Shown: positions 18,981 to 27,734 of the stretch, in pieces
Numbering within the stretch: the stretch's first letter is position 1
Layout: the number at the start of each line of letters is the position of its first letter
Origin: Pseudomonadota bacterium
GTDB taxonomy: Bacteria > Pseudomonadota > Alphaproteobacteria > Caulobacterales > Hyphomonadaceae
DNA: 64,000 bases
Direction: 5' to 3'
Assembly (NCBI GenBank): GCA_039196965.1
Contig: JBCCUK010000014.1
Span: 13,227 to 77,226, forward strand
The notes under the pieces: model-generated
What the model was told of the DNA's origin: nothing
Seen by the model: only the letters and a program-made list of their open reading frames with translations
The model's database searches: none
Position numbers and translations under genes: made by a program

Positions 18981-19444
18981 TGCCCAGCGTGCGTGATTTT
19001 CGGCCAGGTGACGAGGCGGCCTTTCGCGACCTGAACCTGGCCTGGATTGAGAAATATTTCGGCATCGAAGCAGAAGACCGAGCCCAGCTGGAGCGGCTTG
19101 ATGACAGCGTATTTGCCAAGTGTGGCCGCGTTCTGCTGGCCGAGGACAAGGGTGAGGTGGTCGGAACGGTTGCGCTCATCCCGATGGATGAAGGCTGTGT
19201 CGAACTGGCGAAAATGAGCGCGCGGGAAGATCTGCGCGGGCACGGTATCGGTAGCGCGCTGATGGACGCTGCCATTGCGGCAGCCGGGGAGATGGGGGCT
19301 GACCGCATCTGGATCGAAACCAATGACACATTATCGGCCGCGCTGAGCCTTTATCGCAGCGCCGGTTTTGAAGTGCTGGACCGGCAGGACTGGCACGCGA
19401 CCCCCTACTCCCGTTGCAACGTCCAAATGCTAAAGCGCTTGTGA
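18980..19444 (+). CDS. GNAT family N-acetyltransferase
   Basis: Start overlaps the fpr stop (TAATG). Acetyl-CoA motif RGHGIGSALMDAAI; about 154 aa. Confidence 0.75.
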   Translation: MPSVRDFRPGDEAAFRDLNLAWIEKYFGIEAEDRAQLERLDDSVFAKCGRVLLAEDKGEVVGTVALIPMDEGCVELAKMSAREDLRGHGIGSALMDAAIAAAGEMGADRIWIETNDTLSAALSLYRSAGFEVLDRQDWHATPYSRCNVQMLKRL

Positions 19445-19491
19445 CACTGCTACCCGTTTCCTTCGTCTAGATAAGGACCTAAATACGTTGC

Positions 19492-19830
19492 ATGGCAGAC
19501 GATTTCTCCCCGCGACGACATACAAGCGAAACCGCTCAGACCATGGCGGATGTCCGCCAAGAGATAGACCGGCTGGACCGGGAGCTGGTGACGCTTCTGG
19601 TCGAGCGACAGTCCTTCATGGACGCAGCAGCACGTATCAAGGGTTCCCGCGCTGCGGTGCATGACCGGGCGCGGATAGAGGATGTGGTGACGAAAGTCCT
19701 CGCCAGCGCGAAGGCGGCCGGGCTCTCAACCGCAATTGCAGAGCCGGTTTGGCGCACCCTGATTGACAGGTGTATTGCCTATGAATTCCGATCCTATGAC
19801 GATATGAAACGGCCCGACGACGATAGCTGA
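19492..19830 (+). CDS. AroQ-class chorismate mutase family protein
   Basis: 112 aa; RQEIDRLDRELVTLLVERQSFMDAAARIK pattern typical of small chorismate mutases and isochorismate-pyruvate-lyase-like proteins. Confidence 0.7.
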   Translation: MADDFSPRRHTSETAQTMADVRQEIDRLDRELVTLLVERQSFMDAAARIKGSRAAVHDRARIEDVVTKVLASAKAAGLSTAIAEPVWRTLIDRCIAYEFRSYDDMKRPDDDS

Positions 19831-20189
19831 TGAGCGAGATGGGCGGCGGCTTCGAGCGCCGGACCAATCTCATCTTTTACAGCAGACAGAGCGACACCGG
19901 CCTCAGCGTCCGACACTTGCCGATCTTCCCGGCCGAGAGTTTCAGCAGATTTACAAGCCTCGGACAGACGCATGGCTCCCACTGAGAGGGCAGATCCTTT
20001 CAGGGAATGAGCCGCATCCGCCCACTGCCGCTGGGGCATCGACGCCGTGAGCATACGTGACCAGATTTCCGTCTGCTGCCGGAAGATATCTATCACTTCC
20101 ATGGCAAGCCCAGTGTCGCCTCCGGTCATTGCCGAAAGGTGATCTGCATCAAGCACCGGTGGTGACGGTTGATGATCGATTTCGCTCAT
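19794..20189 (-). CDS. stand-alone Hpt (histidine phosphotransfer) domain protein
   Basis: Trimmed to MSEIDHQ... (GGGGGAAG upstream). Phospho-accepting motif HSLKGSALSVGA. Confidence 0.7.
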   Translation of the reverse strand: MSEIDHQPSPPVLDADHLSAMTGGDTGLAMEVIDIFRQQTEIWSRMLTASMPQRQWADAAHSLKGSALSVGAMRLSEACKSAETLGREDRQVSDAEAGVALSAVKDEIGPALEAAAHLAHQLSSSGRFISS

Positions 20190-20530
20190 AGACAGACTTC
20201 CCCCGTAATTCTGACCAATAATCAACCCTAAGCAAGGCCAAATCCGCTGTAGAAGAATTGCAGATACGGGAGTTTTGGACTATGAGTTGGAGAAGTTAGA
20301 GTTGTGGATCGATCCAATGTTAAGTCTCCTGATCAACTTCCGAAATGCAGTCTTTGCAATTGTGCTGGCCTGGCTAGGCATGGAATTGATGCAGCCGGAT
20401 CGCGGGAAGGACACGCCGCAGGATCCCGCTCAACCAGAGCAATCCCTGCTTCGCTGATAGGCAGCAGATACTGGGTGAGGCTGCAAAACGCCTATGCCAC
20501 CCGGGATATATGCTGTGATATGGATGCAAC

Positions 20531-22414
20531 ATGACACAGCGCGATATGAGCAGACCAACGACGACCGAAAGCTCGGCAGAGGACTTCGAAAAGCTCAATA
20601 AAACAGGCCAATGGCTCGGATGGGCAGGGTTTGTCTGCGCGCTTCTCTGGTGGGGCGGGGTTGCAGGCATACTTGTCGGGCTTTTCGGCGTGGAACAGTT
20701 GTTACAGCAGTCCACCGGTATTCTCATTGCCGCTGGAGCTCTGATCCTGCTACCCGGTCTGATGATGACGCTGGCAGGCCTGATGGCGCGCCAGAATCGC
20801 CGTGCGACAGAAGCCAATGTGCTGGTTATGCGCGCGGCCGAAACGCTGCTCTCACCGGCACAAATTGCTGGAACAGACATACAAAAACTGGCGGCGACCA
20901 CAAAGGCCTACACCGACGCGATCAACCAGACCGCAAGCGATACACTGTCTGCGCTGAAAGCGGCGGCAGATGTTCTGGAAAACGAGCGGCTGCGGGTGGA
21001 ATCGGTTTCCTATGCGATGTCGGACAATGCGCGGGATCTGACGGTTCGTCTGAAAGAGGAGCGGCATGCGATTGAGAGCATTGCCAAATCGCTCGATTTG
21101 CAGACCCGAAGCATGTCTGACGCTATCCCACGCCAAGCGGCCGCAATTGCAAAGGCGGCCCAAGAAGCTAGCGAAGAGATCGCCGATGCGGATCTCGGCC
21201 TCGAAAAGCAGCTGCGGCAGCTGAAACATGCAGGCAGCACCCTCGCCGTCAGGCTGACGGACCTCGAGACCATCGCGAAGGATGCATCAAGCCGAACAGA
21301 AGTGCTGAACCAGTCTCTCGGCCGGGTTGAGGCAAAACTTGGCGAGTCGCAGAAGACCATCGAAATGGCAGAGCGCGCGAGTTCGATGGCCGTGGACGCC
21401 GCATCGGGGGCTGGGAATGCTCTGCGCGACGCCGTGTCGGCAGCACTCGACAGCGCACGGGAAGCCAATCTGGAGATTACCCAGACGACCCGGAAAGTGC
21501 ATGAAGATGCGGCGCGCACCCTGGCAGATCTGAGACAGGCAAGCGTTGAAGCCGGTGCTGCGGCGGAAGATACAGGCAAAGCGCTGAGGGCGACACTGAA
21601 TGCACAGCACACGGCATCGCCCGCGCCCCAAAGTCAGGCACCGCGATCTCAGGAACAGCCGACACAAGCGCCAAAAGACACCCCTCTGAACGGAGCATCT
21701 GGCAGACCGGCCGACCATGGCAGCTTGCGCGGACGAACCGACATGAATGGCGCGTCTCCTGCCTTTGAGAAAGAGAGCAGCCGGGAGCCCGAACAGCCAT
21801 TGCGGCCCCAGAGCCGGGAAAATCCATTGCCGTCACCGAGCGCTCCTACAGCAAGCGATGAGGATCTGTTTGACTTAGAGGAAGCAGCAGCGCCAGTGAT
21901 CAGAACTCAAGAGCCAATAAAGCCGAATGACCATTCGGCTCCGGATCTGAACGGAGTTGGAGCGAATGGCCATGATAGCACAGAATGGCGGGATATTATC
22001 GCTGACCTCGCCGATGATGAGGCAAAGCAGGGCGACGTGCCGAGGACCGAAGCCCCCCTCGCCAGGGACACCACGGCTGATACATTAATCGATCGCCTCG
22101 AGTCGTCGGGCATTCCGTTGCCCAAAACCTTCAAACCGAGAGACAAAAAGCGCATCGCCGCGGCGGCCCGCAAGGATGAAAAGGCCCGGCGCGCAGCCAT
22201 CCGCCAAGCGGCCGGAAATGAGGTAGACCGCGTCGCGCTGAGACTTCGTAAGGATGCGGATCTATTAAGGCTTGCCCAGCACTTCATCATGGCTGAAGAG
22301 CCTGACGCACTTCTCGCCTTGGACAAGACAAGCCATTCCAAGCGGCCTGCTTCTCCTCGCCTCTCAGCCTATCTCCTGGTGGACGCTGCCCTCGAGAATA
22401 TCAGCGCGCCTTGA
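20531..22414 (+). CDS. membrane-anchored coiled-coil protein, unknown function
   Basis: 627 aa: two N-terminal TM helices, a long Ala/Glu/Leu-rich helical region, a Pro/Ser/Gln-rich linker and a basic C-terminal domain. No enzymatic motif. Confidence 0.6.
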   Translation: MTQRDMSRPTTTESSAEDFEKLNKTGQWLGWAGFVCALLWWGGVAGILVGLFGVEQLLQQSTGILIAAGALILLPGLMMTLAGLMARQNRRATEANVLVMRAAETLLSPAQIAGTDIQKLAATTKAYTDAINQTASDTLSALKAAADVLENERLRVESVSYAMSDNARDLTVRLKEERHAIESIAKSLDLQTRSMSDAIPRQAAAIAKAAQEASEEIADADLGLEKQLRQLKHAGSTLAVRLTDLETIAKDASSRTEVLNQSLGRVEAKLGESQKTIEMAERASSMAVDAASGAGNALRDAVSAALDSAREANLEITQTTRKVHEDAARTLADLRQASVEAGAAAEDTGKALRATLNAQHTASPAPQSQAPRSQEQPTQAPKDTPLNGASGRPADHGSLRGRTDMNGASPAFEKESSREPEQPLRPQSRENPLPSPSAPTASDEDLFDLEEAAAPVIRTQEPIKPNDHSAPDLNGVGANGHDSTEWRDIIADLADDEAKQGDVPRTEAPLARDTTADTLIDRLESSGIPLPKTFKPRDKKRIAAAARKDEKARRAAIRQAAGNEVDRVALRLRKDADLLRLAQHFIMAEEPDALLALDKTSHSKRPASPRLSAYLLVDAALENISAP

Positions 22415-22432
22415 TCAGTAGCGATGGAAACA

Positions 22433-22462
22433 CCGCTTAAGGCAGACTTGCGGCCTTAGCGG
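22433..22462. terminator. hairpin between convergent genes (coiled-coil gene and tolB)
   Basis: CCGCTTAAGG (22433-22442) pairs with CCTTAGCGG (22454-22462, one bulge). No strong U-tract on either strand. Confidence 0.35.
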
Positions 22463-22480
22463 AGAAGCTCCGCCATTAAA

Positions 22481-23854
22481 TCAGTCCAGAAGCGGCGACC
22501 ATGCAGGATCAGACGCGCTCGTCGTCGTCGACATAGGGCGCAGGTTCCTTCCGGTAAGATCCACGGACCAAACTTGCGGCGCTGCCCCCGGTCTTGTCTC
22601 CCGGAAGAATGTGATGACGCGTCCATTCGGGGCCCAGCCCGGGCCTTCATCGAGATAGGCTTCGGTCAACAGACGCTCGCCATCACCATCATTGCCGATA
22701 ACGCCGATGTGGAAACGCCCGCGCGTCTGCTTGGTAAAGGCAACCAGATCTCCCCTCGGCGACCATACCGGCGTGGAATATCGTCCCCGACCGAAGGTAA
22801 TACGACAGGCCTTATCCCGCCCTCCCGATGGGCATTCTCGCGGACTGCCATCTACATTCATGATGTAGAGCTGGGGTGAGCCGCCCCTGTCGGAGTTAAA
22901 GACAACCTGCCGGCCGTCCGGCGACATGGAGGGCGAGGTATCGATCGATGGATGATCTGTAAGACGACGGGTCTGCCGGGTGACAAGATCCATTATGTAG
23001 ATGTCGGTATTCCCGTTCTGAGCCTGGCTGAAAATCACGGACTTGCCATTGGGTGAAAAGCGCGGCGCGAAGGTCATGCCGGGGAAATTGCCGAGGGATT
23101 CCTGGCGGCGATTGGCAAGATCGAAGAGGTAGACGCGCGGACGACCGCCCTCAAAGGACATGTAAGTGATGCGCTGATCGGTGGGCGAAAAACGCGGCGT
23201 AATAATGTTGTGTATGCCTTCTGTCAGGAAGCGCTGGTTCGCCCCGTCCTGGTCCATGATCGACAGGCGCTTTATGCGTGCTGTCTTTGGTCCTGTCTCC
23301 GCGATGTAGACAATGCGGGTATCGAAATACCCATCTTCGCCGGTGAGGCGGGTATAGATGCTATCGGCAATTTGGTGGGCGATACGCCGCCAATTCGTAA
23401 CCGGTGTGCGCAAGCGTCGGCCTGACTGACCGTTGAGACGGTAAATCTCTTCGCCATTCACATCCCAAAGGCGGAAAGAAACAAGCACCTGATCATCTTC
23501 GGTTGTGCCGGGTTGACCGGGAAGCAATTCCACCTCGCCCACGACAAGACCATCGGCCTGAATGATCCGCCAGTCGGCGAAACGTGGACGAAGGTCAATT
23601 GAGAGATCTTTCTGGATGAAGGCTGAGGGATCCGTCGTGGCAAACAGGCCGGTCGACACCAGATCGTTTCGGACAACTTCGGAAATCTGGCGGGAAAGGT
23701 CCTCAGCACCTGCTGCCGGTTTAAAGTCCGGAATGGCAATTGGGAATGGTTTGATCTGACCGGTACCGATCGGCACATCGACCTCGACCTGAGCGGTCGC
23801 CCAAGGCGTTGCCACGACCATCAGCGCGGCGAAGAGTGCTACCAGTTTCTTCAT
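22481..23854 (-). CDS. tolB: Tol-Pal system beta-propeller protein TolB
   Basis: Signal peptide, TolB N-domain and repeated FSPDG/WSP propeller blades (PRFSPNGK, PSMSPDGRQ, PVWSPRGD, PGWAPNG). Confidence 0.9.
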   Translation of the reverse strand: MKKLVALFAALMVVATPWATAQVEVDVPIGTGQIKPFPIAIPDFKPAAGAEDLSRQISEVVRNDLVSTGLFATTDPSAFIQKDLSIDLRPRFADWRIIQADGLVVGEVELLPGQPGTTEDDQVLVSFRLWDVNGEEIYRLNGQSGRRLRTPVTNWRRIAHQIADSIYTRLTGEDGYFDTRIVYIAETGPKTARIKRLSIMDQDGANQRFLTEGIHNIITPRFSPTDQRITYMSFEGGRPRVYLFDLANRRQESLGNFPGMTFAPRFSPNGKSVIFSQAQNGNTDIYIMDLVTRQTRRLTDHPSIDTSPSMSPDGRQVVFNSDRGGSPQLYIMNVDGSPRECPSGGRDKACRITFGRGRYSTPVWSPRGDLVAFTKQTRGRFHIGVIGNDGDGERLLTEAYLDEGPGWAPNGRVITFFRETRPGAAPQVWSVDLTGRNLRPMSTTTSASDPAWSPLLD

Positions 23855-23897
23855 TTTTCAAACCTCTCTTATGTCCCTTCCGGCTCGTGATCCCACG

Positions 23898-24806
23898 CTA
23901 TTGGCTTGTGCCGATATTGATGGTGACCTCGCGCCACAAATCATAATCCTCATTCGGTAAACGGTACGGCTGACATGTCCTCACAGCACGCAGAGCCCGA
24001 TCCTGAGCCACCTGCAAGAACCGATCTCCTATCGGGATTCGGCGCGGTCGTACCGTATCAACATCGCCAGTAAGCCTGCCATCGGGCGATAGCTCAAAGC
24101 GGACCGTGACCGTCAAACGCTCTGGATCCGGCAGGTCCTGAACATCATTCCAGCAGACCCGAACCTGGGCAAAGATGATGGCCTCGATCCGCGCCGTATT
24201 GCCAGTGCGGTCCCCTGCTCCGCGGCGCGCTTCGGCCGGCGTCGGTGCATCTCGCAGAACAGGCGTGTTCGGAGCTGGCGCAAGTATGGGCTCTTTCTCT
24301 TCGAAACTGAACAGATTTGCATCATCGAGCAGATCGTCCAGAGCATCCGTTTCGGGCTCCGGCGGAACGATCTTCTGAGGCTTCGGTTTTGGCTCTTCCG
24401 GCTCGGGCTCTGGTTCCGGCTCTTCTTCTTCAGGTTCGGGTTCGTCTTCCGGCTCGAGAGGTGGCGCTTCCTCCTCCTCAGGCGGGGGGGGCGGAGGGGG
24501 GGGCGGAGGCGGCGGCGCGGGTGGTGGAGGTGTATCTTCAACCTCGGGCGCGACCTCCTCAGGGAGAGTGTCAACCAGTTGCTGTAACTCCTCGACCGAG
24601 GATACAGGATCTTCTGGCTCCGGTTCTGGCTCCACGTCCTGGCGTTCAACGATAGGCGCGATGTTGTTCAGCTCGCCAACATCTATAAGGTCGATCGGAA
24701 TGATGACCTGCTCTTCATATTCCGGGTTGGTGTAGGGAAAGGCGATATAGCCGAAGCCAATCACGCCCACATGGAGCAGAACCGATGCGGGAAGACCGCG
24801 GATCAT
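23898..24806 (-). CDS. tolA: TolA-like cell-envelope integrity protein
   Basis: N-terminal TM anchor, very long Pro/Glu-rich spacer (17 of 18 residues Pro, PEPEPE repeats), small C-terminal TolA/TonB-like domain. Located between tolR and tolB. Confidence 0.75.
   Translation of the reverse strand: MIRGLPASVLLHVGVIGFGYIAFPYTNPEYEEQVIIPIDLIDVGELNNIAPIVERQDVEPEPEPEDPVSSVEELQQLVDTLPEEVAPEVEDTPPPPAPPPPPPPPPPPPEEEEAPPLEPEDEPEPEEEEPEPEPEPEEPKPKPQKIVPPEPETDALDDLLDDANLFSFEEKEPILAPAPNTPVLRDAPTPAEARRGAGDRTGNTARIEAIIFAQVRVCWNDVQDLPDPERLTVTVRFELSPDGRLTGDVDTVRPRRIPIGDRFLQVAQDRALRAVRTCQPYRLPNEDYDLWREVTINIGTSQ
24356..24635 (-). repeat. low-complexity Pro/Glu-rich coding repeat inside tolA, including two 8-nt G/C homopolymers
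   Basis: Encodes EPEPEPED...TPPPPAPPPPPPPPPPPPEEEEAPPLEPEDEPEPEEEEPEPEPEPEEPKPKP. G8 runs on the plus strand at 24484-24491 and 24496-24503. Confidence 0.8.
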
Positions 24807-24813
24807 CGCGCTG

Positions 24814-25251
24814 CTACCTCTGCTCCACTTTAGGATCGGTCACGAGGGCGAGATTGCGGAAGCCAGCGCCCTGGACCTCCGTCATCACACTCATCACCTC
24901 TCCAAATGCTGCCCCCTCATCCCCGCGAAAGAAAATTCGATCTTCAAAACCCTCGCCAGTAATCGCGCGCAATTTGGCGATCAGCTCACCGCGTTCGACT
25001 TCGGTCTCCTGAATAAACAGAGTGCCATCGGATTGAAGGGTGATCTCAAGCGGGTCGTCATTCTGGTTTGGAAGCGCATCGGCCCTCGCCTTCGGCAGGG
25101 AAACGTCAACGCCAGTGGTCAGCAGAGGTGCCGTGATCATGAAAACAATCAAAAGCACCAGCATGACATCCACGAAGGGCGTGACGTTGATTTCGGCGTT
25201 AAGCGCGCGACGCCCGCGCTTGCCACCACCAGAGCCAAGAGACGCACCCAC
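24814..25251 (-). CDS. tolR: ExbD/TolR family protein
   Basis: 145 aa; [20 protein letters not shown] segment typical of TolR/ExbD. Confidence 0.85.
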   Translation of the reverse strand: MGASLGSGGGKRGRRALNAEINVTPFVDVMLVLLIVFMITAPLLTTGVDVSLPKARADALPNQNDDPLEITLQSDGTLFIQETEVERGELIAKLRAITGEGFEDRIFFRGDEGAAFGEVMSVMTEVQGAGFRNLALVTDPKVEQR

Positions 25252-25254
25252 GGC

Positions 25255-25983
25255 CTAGCTCCCTGAACTTTCAGAAGCGCGCCGGGACATGCGCACGAGA
25301 ATGTCCTGAGCGAAGGTGTCGAGCTGGTCGGCGAAACGATCAATATCGCCGGTAAACTTGTTGTAAAAAATAACGGCCGGAATAGCGGCAATGAGGCCGA
25401 GACCGGTCGCGAAGAGCGCTTCGGCAATCGGGCCAGCCACATTGGCAAGGCTCGTATCATTGTTCGCCGAGATGTTGATGAAAGCATACATGATGCCCCA
25501 GACGGTTCCGAAGAGACCGATGAAGGGTGAAGCAGAGCCGACGGTGGCCAGCACACCCGTACCGCGTGACGCCCGGCCGACTTCGCGGTCCACGGTAGCC
25601 CGCATGGCGCGCTCCGCACGGTCAACGAGCACATCGATTTCGCCATCGCTTTGCACCCTGCGGGCATCGTTCCATTCCCGGGACGCCGCGGCAAAGACCC
25701 GCGCCGCCGGATCGCCAGCCGCCTGACCGGGACGGCCCATCACATCATTGGCCTGGCCCGACCAGAACGACGCTTCAAAACGCTGGGCAGATTTCCGCAA
25801 ACCGCCGAGCGTGAACCATTTCTCGATGATCACCGCCCAGGACCAGAGGCTTGCAACGACCAGCATGATCAGGACCAGCTGAACGACAATATGCGCGTCG
25901 AGCAACAGCCCGAGAAAGGAGAAGTCTCCTGCGACTTCCCCTACTGCTGCGCCAGCTGTCACAGACCCAAAACCAAAGACCAT
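25255..25983 (-). CDS. tolQ: MotA/TolQ/ExbB proton channel protein TolQ
   Basis: TolQ pattern ([28 protein letters not shown]). The ATG at 25983 (AGAGGG upstream) is preferred over the GTG at 26019. Confidence 0.85.
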   Translation of the reverse strand: MVFGFGSVTAGAAVGEVAGDFSFLGLLLDAHIVVQLVLIMLVVASLWSWAVIIEKWFTLGGLRKSAQRFEASFWSGQANDVMGRPGQAAGDPAARVFAAASREWNDARRVQSDGEIDVLVDRAERAMRATVDREVGRASRGTGVLATVGSASPFIGLFGTVWGIMYAFINISANNDTSLANVAGPIAEALFATGLGLIAAIPAVIFYNKFTGDIDRFADQLDTFAQDILVRMSRRASESSGS

Positions 25984-26190
25984 CAAAGGGGACCCTCTTC
26001 TATTCTCACTGCGCTGCACTTGAGATGCACGATTCCAGCCATGGATGGCTATGGCGCTCTTTATACTGCGTTCTTTTCCTCTCCAAATTTGGCGAGAAAT
26101 TGGCGTGCAGCACCATGATTACATGGATGTTCGAGAGTATTGCATCTGAACCCTTGTGACTTCCCTAAGGGCAGCGGGACCAAGAGCAGC

Positions 26191-26652
26191 TTAAGCTGGC
26201 GATGGCAGCTGGTAGATGAAATCTTCCAGATGTTTCGCGATTTCGGGGATCGGACGGCGCGGACGGCCATCAGCGTGGATCTGGACCGCCTGGATCTCAG
26301 CCGTAGCGACAATTTCTTCGCCGCGGTAGGCAATCTGCTGGAAAAGAATGCGCGCTCCCTTTGTGCCCATGTAACGGGTGCAGATATTCAGGATATCTTC
26401 CACTTTGGCGGCTTTCTTATAGTCCACCTCAACCCGGGTCAGCGTGAAGGCGGCCGGGTCGGGTCTCTTCAGGAGCCCTTGGTGCGAAATGCCAGCATCG
26501 CGGAGATGGTTCGATCGACCCCGCTCGAAAAAGCGCAGATAATTGGCGTGATAAACCATGCCTGTAAAATCGGTGTCTTCATAATAGACACGGATTTCAG
26601 TCCAGTGCTGCTTCTGGTTATCAAACGGCTGAAGATTCACGGGTTCGATCAT
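26191..26652 (-). CDS. ybgC: YbgC/FadM-family acyl-CoA thioesterase
   Basis: Hotdog-fold thioesterase pattern (YEDTDFTGMVYHANYLRFFE) located immediately upstream of tolQ. Confidence 0.8.
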   Translation of the reverse strand: MIEPVNLQPFDNQKQHWTEIRVYYEDTDFTGMVYHANYLRFFERGRSNHLRDAGISHQGLLKRPDPAAFTLTRVEVDYKKAAKVEDILNICTRYMGTKGARILFQQIAYRGEEIVATAEIQAVQIHADGRPRRPIPEIAKHLEDFIYQLPSPA

Positions 26653-26670
26653 GGGAATGTCTTTGAGCGG

Positions 26671-27537
26671 TTAGGCTTTGAGCTTGTATCCGGTGCGGAA
26701 CATCCACCAGACAGCCGCGCTCGTGGCAACCGCTAGCGCACCAGCCACCATCGCTCCAATCACCAGATTGGAGTTGGCAGCCTCAAGAAAGCCAAAACGA
26801 AAGCCGTCGATCAAGTAGAAGAACGGATCGAAAAGCGCGATGGTGATGAAGGGCTCGGTCAGCACATTTATATCGTAGAATGTTCCCGACAGGAATGTCA
26901 GCGGCACGATTACGAAATTGGTGATCGTGGCAAGATTATCGAACTTGTCCGCCCAGATGCCTCCAATCACGCCGAAGGCCGCAAGCATGATCGCTGCACA
27001 AAAGCCAAACCAGAGCACAGCCAGAGGCGACTTTATCGGCAGATCTGCCAATGGTGAGATATGGATAGCGATGCCAGCAATCAGCGCCACCAAAAGTCCG
27101 CGCGTGGCCGCTCCGCAAACAAATCCAATGGTCAGCTCCAAAGGCGAGAGGGGCGGCATTAGAAAATCGACATGGCTGCCCTGAACCTTGGAAATCACGA
27201 GAGACGATGAGGAATTCGCGAAGGAATTCTGCAGGATCGCCATAATGAGAAGTCCCGGAGCCAGGAAGTCACCATAAGCCAATCCCTCAAAATCCCCGGA
27301 AAGATTGCCGCGATTGCCGAAGGCAAGCTGGAACACAGTCATGAAGAGCAGTGTCTGGATAATCGGCGCTACAAGAGTCTGTTTCCAGACCGTGACGAAG
27401 CGCGCAACTTCCCTCTTATAGAGCGTCCAAAGACCAAGCCAGTTGAAGGCACCATATGATCTCAGCGCCGGTGCCTGCACCGGAGGAGCATTCGATATGT
27501 CAGCAGTCACCTTAGGAGAATGTTGCGTGTCTGGCAT
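26671..27537 (-). CDS. ABC-2 type transporter permease
   Basis: 288 aa with six hydrophobic segments and an ABC-2 permease-like layout. No cognate ATPase gene next to it. Confidence 0.65.
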   Translation of the reverse strand: MPDTQHSPKVTADISNAPPVQAPALRSYGAFNWLGLWTLYKREVARFVTVWKQTLVAPIIQTLLFMTVFQLAFGNRGNLSGDFEGLAYGDFLAPGLLIMAILQNSFANSSSSLVISKVQGSHVDFLMPPLSPLELTIGFVCGAATRGLLVALIAGIAIHISPLADLPIKSPLAVLWFGFCAAIMLAAFGVIGGIWADKFDNLATITNFVIVPLTFLSGTFYDINVLTEPFITIALFDPFFYLIDGFRFGFLEAANSNLVIGAMVAGALAVATSAAVWWMFRTGYKLKA

Positions 27538-27562
27538 GGCCTCTACTTAAGAGGGTTTTGGC

Positions 27563-27621
27563 GAGTCTCCAAACCGATTCACAAAACACAAGATATTGAA
27601 TCTCCTGTGGACAAAAGAATC
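27563..27621. promoter_or_regulatory. cluster of four GANTC (CcrM-type) sites plus a DnaA-box-like 9-mer upstream of gcrA
   Basis: GAGTC 27563-27567, GATTC 27576-27580, GAATC 27598-27602, GAATC 27617-27621. TGTGGACAA at 27606-27614 is the reverse complement of TTGTCCACA, an 8/9 match to TTATCCACA. Confidence 0.55.
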
Positions 27622-27734
27622 CGTATGTTGTGTTTCGTTTCGCTTCAGGTACGATATGTTGAGTTCTGAGAGGGTGCCAATTAAGGTTTACCACAACATA
27701 TAGGGGCACGGCTTTGACCGTGGATGATGAAGTT

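Noticed and set aside
27681-27700. CtrA box (TTAA-N7-TTAA) upstream of gcrA at CCAATTAAGGTTTACCACAAC.
   Set aside because: Only one TTAA half-site exists, and the second half is CACA. I found no full TTAA-N7-TTAA in the intergenic regions I scanned.
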